Shown here piece by piece: positions 40,447 to 50,895 of a stretch of 64,000 nt of DNA. Numbering within the stretch: position 1 is the first letter of the stretch; every line of letters starts with the position of its first letter. The stretch comes from an uncultured Alphaproteobacteria bacterium (lineage in GTDB: Bacteria > Pseudomonadota > Alphaproteobacteria > Rhodobacterales > Rhodobacteraceae), in NCBI GenBank assembly GCA_963739575.1, contig CAVUAQ010000005.1, positions 55,507 through 119,506 of the forward strand, given 5' to 3'. The notes beneath the pieces were generated by a model that searched no databases, was not told the origin of the DNA, and saw only the letters and a program-made list of their open reading frames with translations. Made by a program: the position numbers and the translations under genes.

Positions 40447-42231
40447 TTAGTGCGCCGCAGCGCCGGCCGCACCGCGCGGGACGCGGACGCCCTCGACCAT
40501 CTCCTTCACGTATTCCGGTGTCTCCTCCGTCTGGCTCGACACCGCGAAAGCGACGATGAAGTTGAGCAGCGCTCCGACACATCCGATCGCCGTGGACTGG
40601 ACGCCGAAGAGCGAGCCCTCGATCGTGTCGGGGAAGGTTTCCGTGCCGGGGATGAAGAACCAGCCCTTGTGCAGGAAGATGTAGACCACGGTGAAGATCA
40701 GGCCCGTGAGCATCCCGGCCACGGCGCCGTGATTGTTGATGCTTCGCGAGAAGATCCCCATCATCAGCGCCGGGAATATGGTCGCCGCAGCGATGCCGAA
40801 GGCCAGCGCCACGGTCTGCGCCGCGAAGCCCGGCGGGTTCAGCCCCAGATAGGTGGCGACCGCGATCGCCACCGCCATCGAGCCCCGCGCCCAGAGCAGT
40901 TCGGCCCGTTCGGAGATGTTGGGGTTGATCGACGTCTTGACGAGGTCGTGGCTCACCGCAGAGGCGATAGCCATCAGCAGCCCTGCCGCGGTCGAGAGGG
41001 CCGCCGCGATGCCGCCGGCAGCGACGAGGGCGATGACCCAGCCCGGAAGCTGCGCGATCTCGGGATTCGCGAGCACCAGAATGTCGCGATCGAACAGCAC
41101 AAGCTCGTTGCCCTGCATTTCCGTGGTGCCAAGGTTCGGCGGCGGCGATGCAAGCTCCTCGTTGTAGTACTGGAGCCGGCCGTCGCCGTTCTTGTCCTCG
41201 ATCCCGAGCAGTCTGGTGGTCTGCCAGTTCTCGAACCAAACGGGCAGCTCGTCGATCTGGATCGCCTCGGCGTTCTGGGTCCCGTTCGGCCAGATCGTGT
41301 GCATGATGTTGAGCCGCGCCATTGCGCCCACCGCCGGCGCCGTCAGGTAGACGATGGAGATGAAGACCAGCGCCCAGCCCGCCGACAGCCGCGCATCCGA
41401 CACTTTCGGCACGGTGAAGAAGCGGATGATCACGTGCGGCAGGCCGGCGGTGCCGATCATCAGCGTCAGCGTGAACAGTGTCATGTTCAGCATCGGCATG
41501 AACCCGGTATCCTGCGCGGTATAGGAGGAGAAGCCGAGATCGGCGAGCGTCTGGTTCAGCGTCGCGAGCAGCGGCTCGCCCGACCCCTCATAGGTCGAGA
41601 ACAGGCCCAGACCCGGGATCGGGTTGCCGGTCAGCTGCAGAGAGATGAAGATCGCCGGCACCGTATAGGCGAAGACCAGCACGACGTACTGCGCCACCTG
41701 GGTGTAGGTGATCCCCTTCATGCCGCCGAGAACGGCGTAGAAGAACACGATCGCCGCGCCGATATAGAGACCGGTGGAGTTCGACACCTGGAGGAACCGC
41801 GAGAAGGCCACGCCGACACCCGTCATCTGTCCGATGACGTAGGTCAACGAGGCGACGATCAGGCAGAGCACCGCCACGAGTTGGGCGGGCCGGCTGTAGT
41901 AGCGGTCACCGATGAATTCGGGGACGGTAAAGCTGCCGAACTTGCGCAGGTAGGGCGCGAGCAGCATCGCGAGCAGCACGTAGCCGCCCGTCCAGCCCAT
42001 GAGGTAGGCCGAGGCGGGGTACCCGGAAAACGCGATGATGCCGGCCATGGAGATGAAGGACGCCGCCGACATCCAGTCCGCGGCCGTCGCCATGCCGTTC
42101 GTCACCGGGTGGATGCCCCGCCCTGCGGTGTAGAACTCCGAGGTCGAGCCGGCGCGCGCCCAGATGGCGATGCCGATATAGAGAATGAACGACCCGCCGA
42201 TGAACAGAAGGTTCAGATAATACTGGTCCAT
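40447..42231 (-). CDS. actP: ActP-like sodium:solute symporter
   Basis: NGMATAADWMSAASF, GTAGLPHV, AAALSTAAGL; paired with DUF4212. Confidence 0.85.
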   Translation of the reverse strand: MDQYYLNLLFIGGSFILYIGIAIWARAGSTSEFYTAGRGIHPVTNGMATAADWMSAASFISMAGIIAFSGYPASAYLMGWTGGYVLLAMLLAPYLRKFGSFTVPEFIGDRYYSRPAQLVAVLCLIVASLTYVIGQMTGVGVAFSRFLQVSNSTGLYIGAAIVFFYAVLGGMKGITYTQVAQYVVLVFAYTVPAIFISLQLTGNPIPGLGLFSTYEGSGEPLLATLNQTLADLGFSSYTAQDTGFMPMLNMTLFTLTLMIGTAGLPHVIIRFFTVPKVSDARLSAGWALVFISIVYLTAPAVGAMARLNIMHTIWPNGTQNAEAIQIDELPVWFENWQTTRLLGIEDKNGDGRLQYYNEELASPPPNLGTTEMQGNELVLFDRDILVLANPEIAQLPGWVIALVAAGGIAAALSTAAGLLMAIASAVSHDLVKTSINPNISERAELLWARGSMAVAIAVATYLGLNPPGFAAQTVALAFGIAAATIFPALMMGIFSRSINNHGAVAGMLTGLIFTVVYIFLHKGWFFIPGTETFPDTIEGSLFGVQSTAIGCVGALLNFIVAFAVSSQTEETPEYVKEMVEGVRVPRGAAGAAAH

Positions 42232-42234
42232 GCC

Positions 42235-42510
42235 TCAATCCTCCTCGACGCCGAATTGGCGGTCGAGCTTGTTCATTCGCCACGCATAGAAAAAGATCAG
42301 GATGAGAAAGACGATGATCGATCCCTGCTGCGCGAACCAGAAGCCGAGATCGGTGCCGCCTATCGGGATGCCCGACAGAAGCGGACGCAGCAGGATCGCA
42401 AACCCGAAACTCACCAGCGCCCATACCACCAGGCAACCCCCGATCACGCGAAGGTTCGCCTTCCAATAGCCCATCGCGTCGCTCGGACGCCGGCCCGTGC
42501 CGTCGATCAT
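42235..42510 (-). CDS. DUF4212 small symporter-associated membrane protein
   Basis: YWKANL, LGFWFAQQGSI, LDRQFGV. Confidence 0.88.
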   Translation of the reverse strand: MIDGTGRRPSDAMGYWKANLRVIGGCLVVWALVSFGFAILLRPLLSGIPIGGTDLGFWFAQQGSIIVFLILIFFYAWRMNKLDRQFGVEED

Positions 42511-42532
42511 TCCTATCCTCCATGGTCCCGTT

Positions 42533-42554
42533 CGGTCACGAAAGATTGTGACCG
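42533..42554. promoter_or_regulatory. Palindromic operator candidate upstream of DUF4212-actP
   Basis: CGGTCAC-N8-GTGACCG. Confidence 0.4.
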
Positions 42555-42659
42555 GTGTGCCTTCTGGTATGACCTAAACCGAAAGCGCACAATAGGCCTA
42601 CCGGGACCAAAGGGGGAAACGGTGTGTGCAGGCTGTGTCGTTCCGATCACCCCCCGGCC

Positions 42660-44450
42660 CTACTGGCCGAGGGCGATGCCCTCCCGACGCGGATCGGCGC
42701 CCCCTTCGAGCGTCTCGCCGATGGCGATGGCGTGCAGGCCCGAGGTCAGCTCCCGCACCTCCGTCTCGTAGCCCAGCTCGCCCAGCGGCCCGGCCAGATC
42801 GGCCATGGGCGTTCCCGCCTCCAGATCATAGGTGCCGAAGCGGTTGACCGCGTGCGGCGCGCCCAGCGCCTCCTGGATATTCATGCCGAAATCGACGTGG
42901 TTGATGATCGCCTGCGCCACGTAGCCGATGATCCGCGAGCCACCGGGCGAGCCTATGGCCAAGACCGGCGCGCCGTCCTGCATCACGATCGTCGGCGACA
43001 TCGACGAGCGCGGCCGCTTGCCCGGCTCGACCCGGTTGGCGATGGGGCGGTTGTCCTCGTGGGTCTCGAACGAGAAATCCGTCAGTTCGTTGTTGAGAAG
43101 GAACCCGCCCGGCGCGAAAAGCCGCGAGCCGAAGCCGTTCTCGATGGTCGTCGTCATGCTGAGCACGCTGCCCTCCGCGTCGACGATCGAGATGTGGCTG
43201 GTCGAGGGAAACTCGATCGACTGATCCGCCGCCCATTCCATCGCGTGGCTCCATTCGGGGGTGCCGGGCGACACTTCCGGCAGCGCGTCGTCGCCCGCCA
43301 GAAGCTCGGCGCGGCTCGACAGGTAGTCGGGATCGACCAGCCCTTCGGTCGGCATCGGCACGTAGTCGCTGTCGGCCATGTAGAGGCCGCGATCGGCGAA
43401 GGCGAGCCGCGAGGCATCGCCCAGAAGGCGCAGCGCCTCCGGGTCGCGGGCACTCATCTCCGACAGCTCGTAGGAGTCGAGCATGCCGAGGATCTGCCCC
43501 ACCGTCAGCGCCCCCGAGGAGGGCGGCCCCATGCCGCAGACGTCGCGCCCGCGATAGGGGGCGCAGACCGCCGGCCGCTCGCGCGCCTCATAGATCGCCA
43601 GATCGACCAGCGACAGGACGCCCGGATTGCCCTCCGCGCTCCGCACCGTATCGACGATGCCCTGCGCGATGTCGCCGGTATAGAAAGCCCGCGCGCCCTC
43701 CGCCGCGATCGCGTCGAGCGTCTCGGCATAGGCCGTGTTGGTCAGCGTGTCGCCGGCCTCGATGGCGGTGCCGCCGGGGTAGAAATAGTCGGCCGTCGGC
43801 TGGAACCGGGTCAGCCGCTCCTCGTCCTCGGCCACGAGCGAGGCGAGCCGCGGCGACACGGTGAACCCCTCCCGCGCCAGCCGGCTCGCCTCCGAGAAGA
43901 GCCCCGCCCAGTCGAGCCTGCCCCATTTCTCGTGCGCCATCTCCATCAGCGCGGGCGTTCCGGGCGTTCCGACCGACCGGCCGCCCACCACGGCGTCATA
44001 GAATTCGAGCGCCTCGCCCAACTCGTTCTGGAAAAGCTGCGGCGTCGCCGCCAGGGCCGCCGTCTCGCGCCCGTCGATCGTGGTCAGCTCGCCCGCCGCG
44101 GCGTCGTAATAGACGAGGAACGCGCCGCCGCCCAGACCCGAGGATTGCGGCTCGACCAGCCCCAGCACGGTCTGCACCGCGACCATCGCGTCGGCGGCCG
44201 ATCCGCCCGCCTCGAGGATCTTGGCGCCGGCCTCCACCGCCAGCGGATGCGCCGCCGCCACCATCCAGTCCTGGGCCTCGACCGGCTGGCCCGCCGCCTT
44301 CCGCTCGAAGGCCTGCTGCACCCGCTCGGGCAGCTCCGCGAACGCCTCCGCTTCGCCGGTGGCGGCCGCTTCGGGGTCAACGGCGTCGGCCGTCTGCTGC
44401 GCGAGGGCCGGCGTCGCGACGAGTGCGAGGATCGGAATGAGACGGCGCAT
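42660..44450 (-). CDS. ggt: Gamma-glutamyltransferase
   Basis: Signal peptide, SSGLGGG, IDGRE, TSHISIVD (Thr nucleophile), RPRSSMSP, GSPGG, ADPRR. Confidence 0.96.
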   Translation of the reverse strand: MRRLIPILALVATPALAQQTADAVDPEAAATGEAEAFAELPERVQQAFERKAAGQPVEAQDWMVAAAHPLAVEAGAKILEAGGSAADAMVAVQTVLGLVEPQSSGLGGGAFLVYYDAAAGELTTIDGRETAALAATPQLFQNELGEALEFYDAVVGGRSVGTPGTPALMEMAHEKWGRLDWAGLFSEASRLAREGFTVSPRLASLVAEDEERLTRFQPTADYFYPGGTAIEAGDTLTNTAYAETLDAIAAEGARAFYTGDIAQGIVDTVRSAEGNPGVLSLVDLAIYEARERPAVCAPYRGRDVCGMGPPSSGALTVGQILGMLDSYELSEMSARDPEALRLLGDASRLAFADRGLYMADSDYVPMPTEGLVDPDYLSSRAELLAGDDALPEVSPGTPEWSHAMEWAADQSIEFPSTSHISIVDAEGSVLSMTTTIENGFGSRLFAPGGFLLNNELTDFSFETHEDNRPIANRVEPGKRPRSSMSPTIVMQDGAPVLAIGSPGGSRIIGYVAQAIINHVDFGMNIQEALGAPHAVNRFGTYDLEAGTPMADLAGPLGELGYETEVRELTSGLHAIAIGETLEGGADPRREGIALGQ

Positions 44451-44523
44451 GGCGGGCTCCCTTTTGCGTGATCTGTCCGCTCTGCAACTTGCAGCGGATC
44501 CCGCCGTCGGCAAGTGCCGCGTG

Positions 44524-46035
44524 GGGCTGTTGAAGCATGGCATTTCGGGCGGTTGCCTGCGCCCTATGCCGCCAAGGCAAATTCCGCCCTGTGAATGGCC
44601 GGCAGTTCTCGATTATTCGGGTTCATCGACACTTTGGGGAGCGTCCGGTCCCCCACGATGGACAGAATGCGCGCCAGAGCGAGGCAAAGCGAGGCCACCA
44701 GCCTCTTGAGGTTGACCGCTGCTGCCGTGAGGAAGGCCTGGATACGCATGTTCTGGAGACCGCGCCTGACCGCACGGGCGAGACGATGCCACGTCTTTGC
44801 CTCACCGTGATAGCCCTCTGGCCGCCAGCGGTGGCGCCGATAGGAATCTCGATCCTCTTCCGCCCATCTCTCGCCTCGCCGGCGAGCGCGCAGCAGGGCG
44901 GGATAATCGTCCCCGAGCACGACGGCCTTGTTCACACGCCCCTTCGACAGACAGAGGCGGGCAAGGTCGCATCCGCGACAGTCCCGTGCTCGGGATGTAA
45001 AGAAACGCCCGTGCTTCACAGCCCGGCCGGCCTTGAGCGTCTTGCCACGAGGGCATTTCAGGACGTCGTGCTTCGCGTCGTAGCGGAACCGGCGCATCGG
45101 GACCGGGCTGGGGATCGGTTCGGCCTTGGCCGGTAGTGAGCCATCGTGTCGCCATGCGGTCGAGACCGATGGCGAACGCGGCCGTCTTCCGGCGTTCGAG
45201 ACCGCCATAGATCTTGGCGTAGGCGTAGCCGGCATCGGCCGTCACCGTCTCCACTTTGACACCGGTCGTCTTCTCGACCGCGTCGAGAGGAGCTCTTCAC
45301 CTTCGTTCACCTCCCGGTCGTGACCTCGACGTCGAGAACCACGCCAAAGACATCGTCCACGACGCCATGCTGCTTATAGCTCGGCTCCAGACGGCGGTTC
45401 CGGCCGTTCGTCGCCATCGTCGCCTCCGGATCGGTCGGGCAGACCCTCTTGAACTTGCCTGTCTTCTTCGAGTTGCGGGCCCGCACCGTCTCCGCTTCCT
45501 GCACCGGATCGCCGTTCTCGGTCGCGACCGCATCGACATGGCGGACCACGAGGCTGTTTCAGGAAACGTCGGCCCGGATCAGAGACGCATCGACATGCAC
45601 GATCTCGCCCTTGGCCATCCCGGCGCCCAACGCTGCCGTATCCGCGTGAGCGAGGAATGATCCGGCAGCCTGTCGTTTGAACCGAAGCCTGCGAACCAGC
45701 GGATCGCCAGGTTCACCTGTGCTTTCCGCATGATACGCCGGTCATGGACGATGCCGAGAAGGAACCCCGCGAGCATCAAACAAACTGCTGCCTCCGGATC
45801 AATCCCCGGACGGCCAAGACCCGGAGCGTAAAGGTCGGCGACCTCCCCGCGCAGCCAGCCAAGGTCAAGAACCTGGTCGACGCGGGCGAGGATGTGATCA
45901 TCGGGGACAAGATCACGCAGCGATCCGCAGACAAAGAACTCCAACTGGTGGCAGGTCCGACTGCCGATCATGCCACCCTCCACATGATGTCGCCATGAGG
46001 ATGGAATCACCAGATCGCGCTTTTTTCAACAGCCC
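44524..46035 (-). mobile_element. IS1182-family insertion sequence, decayed
   Basis: 11-bp terminal inverted repeats GGGCTGTTGAA (44524-44534) and TTCAACAGCCC (46025-46035) enclose transposase fragments. Confidence 0.88.
44564..45971 (-). pseudogene. IS1182 transposase pseudogene
   Basis: DUF772-like LVPDDH..GRPGIDP, VHVDAS, ADAGY, EAKTWH..RRGL split across frames; in-frame TGA at 45559-45561. Confidence 0.88.
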
Positions 46036-46041
46036 GCCGGC

Positions 46042-47529
46042 TCACACGTCCATCGTCGCCGCGACCGCGCGCTTCCACCGCGCGTATTTCGCGGCCCGGA
46101 CATCGTCGTCCATCTGCGGCTGGAACGAGGTGTCGAGCCGCCAGCCCTTGGCGAAGCCGGCCTGGTCGGGATAGAGTCCGGCCTTCATGCCCGCAAGCCA
46201 GGCCGCGCCCAGAGCCGTGGTCTCCAGCACTTCGGGCCGGTCCACCTGCGCGCCGATGATGTCGGACAAAAACTGCATCGCCCAGTCCGAGGCGCTCATG
46301 CCGCCATCGACGCGCAGCGTCTCGGGCTCGCCCATGTCGTTCCAGTCCGCCGCCATCGCCTCAAGAAGATCGCGCGTCTGGAAGCCCACGGATTCGAGCG
46401 CCGCCTTGGCGAGTTCCTCGGGGCCCGAGGAGCGCGTCAGCCCGTAGACGGCGCCGCGGCACTCGGCGTTCCAGTAGGGCGCGCCCAGCCCCACGAAGGC
46501 GGGAACCAGCACCACGTCCTGCCCCGGATCGGCCCGCTCCGCCAGCCCCTGCGTCTCGGGCGCCGAACGGATGATCTTCAGCCCGTCCCTCAGCCACTGC
46601 ACCACCGCGCCGGCGATGAAGATCGAGCCTTCGAGCGCATAGGTCGGCTTGCCGTCGAACTGGTAGGCGACCGTCGTCAGCAGCCGGTTCTGCGACCGAA
46701 CCGGCTTCTCGCCGGTATTGAGAAGCGCGAAACACCCCGTCCCGTAGGTGGATTTCAGCATGCCCGGGCCGAAGCAGGCCTGGCCGATCGTCGCCGCCTG
46801 CTGGTCGCCCGCGACGCCCAGGATCGGGATCTCGCGGCCGAACAGGTCGGGCCGCGTCACGCCGAACTCGGCCGCCGAATCCTTCACCTCCGGCAGCATC
46901 TCCATCGGGATGTCGAGCATCCCCGCGATGGTGGTGGACCAGCGCCCCTTGAAGCTGTCGTAAAGCAGCGTGCGGCAGGCATTGGTCGCGTCGGTGACGT
47001 GGCTGCGCCCGCCCGTCATCCGCCAGATCAGGTAGGTCTCGACCGTGCCGAACAGCAATTCGCCGTTGCGCGCCCGCTCGCGGCTGCCCTCCACATGGTC
47101 GAGGATCCATTTGAGCTTGGTGCCCGAGAAATACGGATCGAGCAGCAGGCCGGTCTTCTCGATCACCTGCTTCTCGTAGCCCGCCTCCTTCATCTCGCGG
47201 CAGATCTCCGCGGTGCGGCGGTCCTGCCAGACGATGGCGTTGTGGATCGCCCGGCCGGTGGCCTTCTCCCAGACCACCACGGTCTCGCGCTGATTGGTGA
47301 TGCCGATGCCGGCGATGTCGCCCTCCGGCACGCCGGCCTTCTCGATGACGGAGCGGCACACCGCGGCGGTCGACGACCACAGGTCGGAGGGATCGTGCTC
47401 CACCCAGCCGCTCGCCGGGTAATGCTGCTGGAACTCCTCCTGGGCGGTTGCCACGATCTTCATGTCACCGTCGAAGATGATGGCCCGGCTCGAGGTCGTG
47501 CCCTGATCGATCGCCATGATGTGGCTCAT
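46042..47529 (-). CDS. glpK: Glycerol kinase
   Basis: [32 protein letters not shown]. Confidence 0.97.
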   Translation of the reverse strand: MSHIMAIDQGTTSSRAIIFDGDMKIVATAQEEFQQHYPASGWVEHDPSDLWSSTAAVCRSVIEKAGVPEGDIAGIGITNQRETVVVWEKATGRAIHNAIVWQDRRTAEICREMKEAGYEKQVIEKTGLLLDPYFSGTKLKWILDHVEGSRERARNGELLFGTVETYLIWRMTGGRSHVTDATNACRTLLYDSFKGRWSTTIAGMLDIPMEMLPEVKDSAAEFGVTRPDLFGREIPILGVAGDQQAATIGQACFGPGMLKSTYGTGCFALLNTGEKPVRSQNRLLTTVAYQFDGKPTYALEGSIFIAGAVVQWLRDGLKIIRSAPETQGLAERADPGQDVVLVPAFVGLGAPYWNAECRGAVYGLTRSSGPEELAKAALESVGFQTRDLLEAMAADWNDMGEPETLRVDGGMSASDWAMQFLSDIIGAQVDRPEVLETTALGAAWLAGMKAGLYPDQAGFAKGWRLDTSFQPQMDDDVRAAKYARWKRAVAATMDV

Positions 47530-47565
47530 CCCTGTCCTCCCGCTTCCGCTGCGATACCCCGGAGC

Positions 47566-48096
47566 CTAGTCCGCCAGGCCTTCGCAGGCCAGCCGCGCCT
47601 CGTTGCGGACCTTGTTGATCAGCAACCCCTCGATGATCGGCTGCGCCAGATCGAGCGCCCAGGCCATTTCTCCGGCGGTGTTCGACAGGTTGACCTCGGT
47701 GTTGGTCACGTCGCAGCGCGACAGGATGCCCTTGAGCGAGGCCGAGACGTCGAAGGCGAGATCGTCGTCTCCATCCCCCTTGCAGGTCAGCCGCCCCTCG
47801 ATGCCCATCATCACGCCGTCGCCGTCGAGATTGACGTTGGCGGTCTCGATCTGCACGTCCCTGACCCGGTCGACGCCAAGCGACATGCCGCCCACCTCGA
47901 AGCCGAGCGGCTCGCACGGGTTGAGCGCCGCGATCCGCGCCTCGAGCGCCGATTGCCCGGCCCCGCCCTTCGGCGCATCGGGCACCGCCGCGTCCTGCGC
48001 CACCGCCCCGGCCGGCCAGATCGGCCAGAGCGCGACGAGCGCCGCCGTCAGGCCTCCCGCGCGCCGCGCGCCGCGGCGCTCCCGCAGATGCCGCAT
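47566..48096 (-). CDS. Hypothetical exported protein with four Cys
   Basis: GGGAGG RBS; signal-peptide-like N-terminus ending AVA-Q; co-oriented between glpD and glpK. Confidence 0.65.
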   Translation of the reverse strand: MRHLRERRGARRAGGLTAALVALWPIWPAGAVAQDAAVPDAPKGGAGQSALEARIAALNPCEPLGFEVGGMSLGVDRVRDVQIETANVNLDGDGVMMGIEGRLTCKGDGDDDLAFDVSASLKGILSRCDVTNTEVNLSNTAGEMAWALDLAQPIIEGLLINKVRNEARLACEGLAD

Positions 48097-48167
48097 CGCA
48101 CCCCCCCTCCCTGTACGGGCGCGCGGGAACCCGAGGCCGCCGCGCGCATGGGCTCCCCCGGCCCCCG

Positions 48168-49796
48168 CTATTCCGCCGCCTGCGAGACGCCCCGCTCCTC
48201 GGCCATCCAGGCGTCGAGCGCCGCGATCTCGTCACCGCTCATCCTGAGCCCGAGCTTCGAGCGGCGCCAGACCACGTCCTCGGCCCGGCGGGCGTATTCC
48301 CTGGCCATGAGCCAGCGCACCTCGGCCTCGGTCAGCGTGCCGCCGAAGCCGCGCCCCAGATCGGCCGCCTCCGACGCACCGGCGCAGATCTCGGCCGCCT
48401 CGGTGCCGTAGGCCCGGACCAGCCGGCGCGCCCAGTATTCGTCGAGGAACGGATGCGCGGTCTTCAACTCCGTCACCAGCCGGTCCACCCCGTCGACCGC
48501 AAAATCGCCGCCCGGCAGCGGCACCCGCGCCGTCCAGTCGCCGGTCATGGTCGGGAAATAGGGGCGCAGCTTGCCCATCGCCTGCTCGGCGAGCTTGCGA
48601 TAGGTGGTGATCTTGCCGCCGAACACGCTGAGAAGCGGCGGCTCCATGCCCACCGGCCCGTCCGTCGCGGGCCCCGCATCGACCGACAGCACGTAATCGC
48701 GCGTCGCCGCGGTCGCCGATTTCGCCCCGTCGTCGTAAAGCGGCCGGACCCCCGAATATGTCCAGACCACGTCCTCGCGCCGCACCGGCTTCTCGAAATA
48801 GTTCGACGCGAAGGTGCAGAGGTAATCGGCCTCCTCGTCGGTGATCTGCGCCTTCACCGAAGGGTCGCGGCCATGGTCCTTGTCGGTCGTCCCGATCAGC
48901 GTGAAATCGGTCTCGTAGGGGATCGCGAAGATGATCCGCCCGTCCTCGCCCTGGAAGAAATAGGCCTTGCCGTGATCGTAGAGCTTCGGCACCACGATAT
49001 GGCTGCCCCTGACCAGCCGCACGCCTTCCGACGAGTTCATCCTGACCGTGTTCCGCACCACGTCCTCGACCCAGGGGCCGCCGGCATTCACGAGCCCCTT
49101 GGCCCGCATCACCTGCTCCTGCCCGGTCTCGAGGTCGCGCACGGTCACCGCCCAATTGGCGCCGGCGCGCTCCGCCGCGACCACCTTGGTGCGCACCTTG
49201 ATGGTCGCGCCGCGCTCCTCGGCATCGCGGGCATTGAGCGCCACCAGCCGCGAATCCTCGATCCAGCAATCCGAATATTCATAGGCCTTCCTGAACCGGT
49301 CGCGGATCGGCACGCCCTCGGGGGCGTTCGTCAGGTCGATCGTCGTCGTCCCCTTCAGGTGCTTCCGTCCGCCCAGATTGTCGTAGAGGAACAGCCCGAT
49401 CCGGATCACCCAGTCCGGCCGCCGCCCCTTCATCCACGGCATCACCGTGTTCAGCAGCTTCGAGGTCGGCGTCTCCCCCTCGAAGCGCATGTCGGGGCTG
49501 TAGGGCAGCACGAAGCGCAAGGGCCACGAGATGTGCGGCATCGCCTCGAGCAGCACCTCGCGCTCGATCAGCGCCTTCTTGACGAGCCCCACCTCGAAGA
49601 ATTCGAGATATCTGAGACCGCCGTGGAACAGCTTCGTCGATTTCGACGAGGTCGCCCCGGCCAGGTCGCCCATCTCCGCCAGACAGACGTCGAGCCCCCG
49701 CCCCTGCGCGTCCCGCGCGATGCCGGTGCCGTTGATGCCTCCGCCGATCACGAACAGGTCAAAGATCTTCTCGGTCACCTCGGTAGTGCTCGCCAT
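48168..49796 (-). CDS. glpD: FAD-dependent glycerol-3-phosphate dehydrogenase
   Basis: GGGING, TSSKSTKLFHGGLRYLE, GSHIV, GVRPL, GGKITTYR. Confidence 0.97.
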   Translation of the reverse strand: MASTTEVTEKIFDLFVIGGGINGTGIARDAQGRGLDVCLAEMGDLAGATSSKSTKLFHGGLRYLEFFEVGLVKKALIEREVLLEAMPHISWPLRFVLPYSPDMRFEGETPTSKLLNTVMPWMKGRRPDWVIRIGLFLYDNLGGRKHLKGTTTIDLTNAPEGVPIRDRFRKAYEYSDCWIEDSRLVALNARDAEERGATIKVRTKVVAAERAGANWAVTVRDLETGQEQVMRAKGLVNAGGPWVEDVVRNTVRMNSSEGVRLVRGSHIVVPKLYDHGKAYFFQGEDGRIIFAIPYETDFTLIGTTDKDHGRDPSVKAQITDEEADYLCTFASNYFEKPVRREDVVWTYSGVRPLYDDGAKSATAATRDYVLSVDAGPATDGPVGMEPPLLSVFGGKITTYRKLAEQAMGKLRPYFPTMTGDWTARVPLPGGDFAVDGVDRLVTELKTAHPFLDEYWARRLVRAYGTEAAEICAGASEAADLGRGFGGTLTEAEVRWLMAREYARRAEDVVWRRSKLGLRMSGDEIAALDAWMAEERGVSQAAE

Positions 49797-49906
49797 GATG
49801 CCTCCGGTCAGATGCGGCTAAAGTGCGCAGTATAGCGCATCTGCCTGGAAATTTGAGGGGGCGCGGCCGATTGGCCCGCGCGCGCCCGCCGCCGCCTGGC
49901 CTTGGC

Positions 49907-50662
49907 TCAAGCCTGCCCTCCGGCGATCTCGATGGCCTGCCCGTTGACCGATCCCGAGGCCGCGTCGCACAGCCACAGCGCGGCGCGGGCGACCTCGCCC
50001 GCGTCGATGAGCCGGCCGTGGCGGTTCTGCGACACCATGATCTCGAGCGCCCGGTCCTCCGACACGGCCGCCCGGTCGCGGATCGCGCCGACGTTCCGCG
50101 CCACGATCTCGGTGTCCACATAGGCCGGGCAGAGCGCGTTCGCCGTCACCTTCGTGCCGATCAGGTCCTCGCTCAGACCGCGCACCAGCCCGACCATCCC
50201 GTGCTTCGAGGCGCTGTAGGCCGGCGCGCCCCGCAAGCCCCGGATCCCGGCGATGGAGGCCACGGCGATGATCCGCCCGTAATCGAGATCGCGCATGGAG
50301 CGCAGCAATTCGCGGATGGTCAGAAAGGCGCCGTCGAGGTTGACCGCCATCATCTGCCGCCAGAACGCCATGTCGGTCTTCAGAAGGCTGCGCCCCTCGG
50401 CGATGCCGGCATTGGCGACGCAGATCGCCAGGGGCCCGCGCGCCGCCACCGCGCGGTCGATCTCGCGCGCCAGTTCCGCCTCATCGGTGACGTCGATCCG
50501 GGCCGGGTGGATCCGGGCGGCCGCCGCCGCCTCCAGCGGCCCGCGCCGCCGCCCGGCGATGGTCACCTCCGCGCCCGCCCGGGCCAGCTCGCGCGCGATG
50601 GCGAGCCCGATCCCCGTCCCGCCGCCGGTGACGAGCGCGTGGCGCCCCGCAAGATCCGTCAT
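49907..50662 (-). CDS. SDR family oxidoreductase
   Basis: [16 protein letters not shown]. Confidence 0.92.
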   Translation of the reverse strand: MTDLAGRHALVTGGGTGIGLAIARELARAGAEVTIAGRRRGPLEAAAAARIHPARIDVTDEAELAREIDRAVAARGPLAICVANAGIAEGRSLLKTDMAFWRQMMAVNLDGAFLTIRELLRSMRDLDYGRIIAVASIAGIRGLRGAPAYSASKHGMVGLVRGLSEDLIGTKVTANALCPAYVDTEIVARNVGAIRDRAAVSEDRALEIMVSQNRHGRLIDAGEVARAALWLCDAASGSVNGQAIEIAGGQA

Positions 50663-50895
50663 GGCATCCTCCCCGTCTTGCCCGCCCCGAGGCTCGTCCG
50701 GGGCGGCGCCGGAGGCAAGGCGCTGGCGATCGTGCGCCGCCGCCTTATTTCGCCCCAAGGGCCGCGACGGCGTGCCGCATCCGCCTGGGCGGCCGGGAAG
50801 TCGGGCCGATCCGGCCGGCCGGACGTGGCTTGCGAAAGAAAATTGCGCTCGCTAGACCGGACCGGCCGGCCGCGTCGCACACGAAAGGGGGACGG

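Noticed and set aside
49824-49839. TGCGC-AGTATA-GCGCA palindrome upstream of glpD as a GlpR operator
   Set aside because: The 5-bp GC arms are too weak in this GC background, although the centre reads TATACT (-10-like) on the minus strand.
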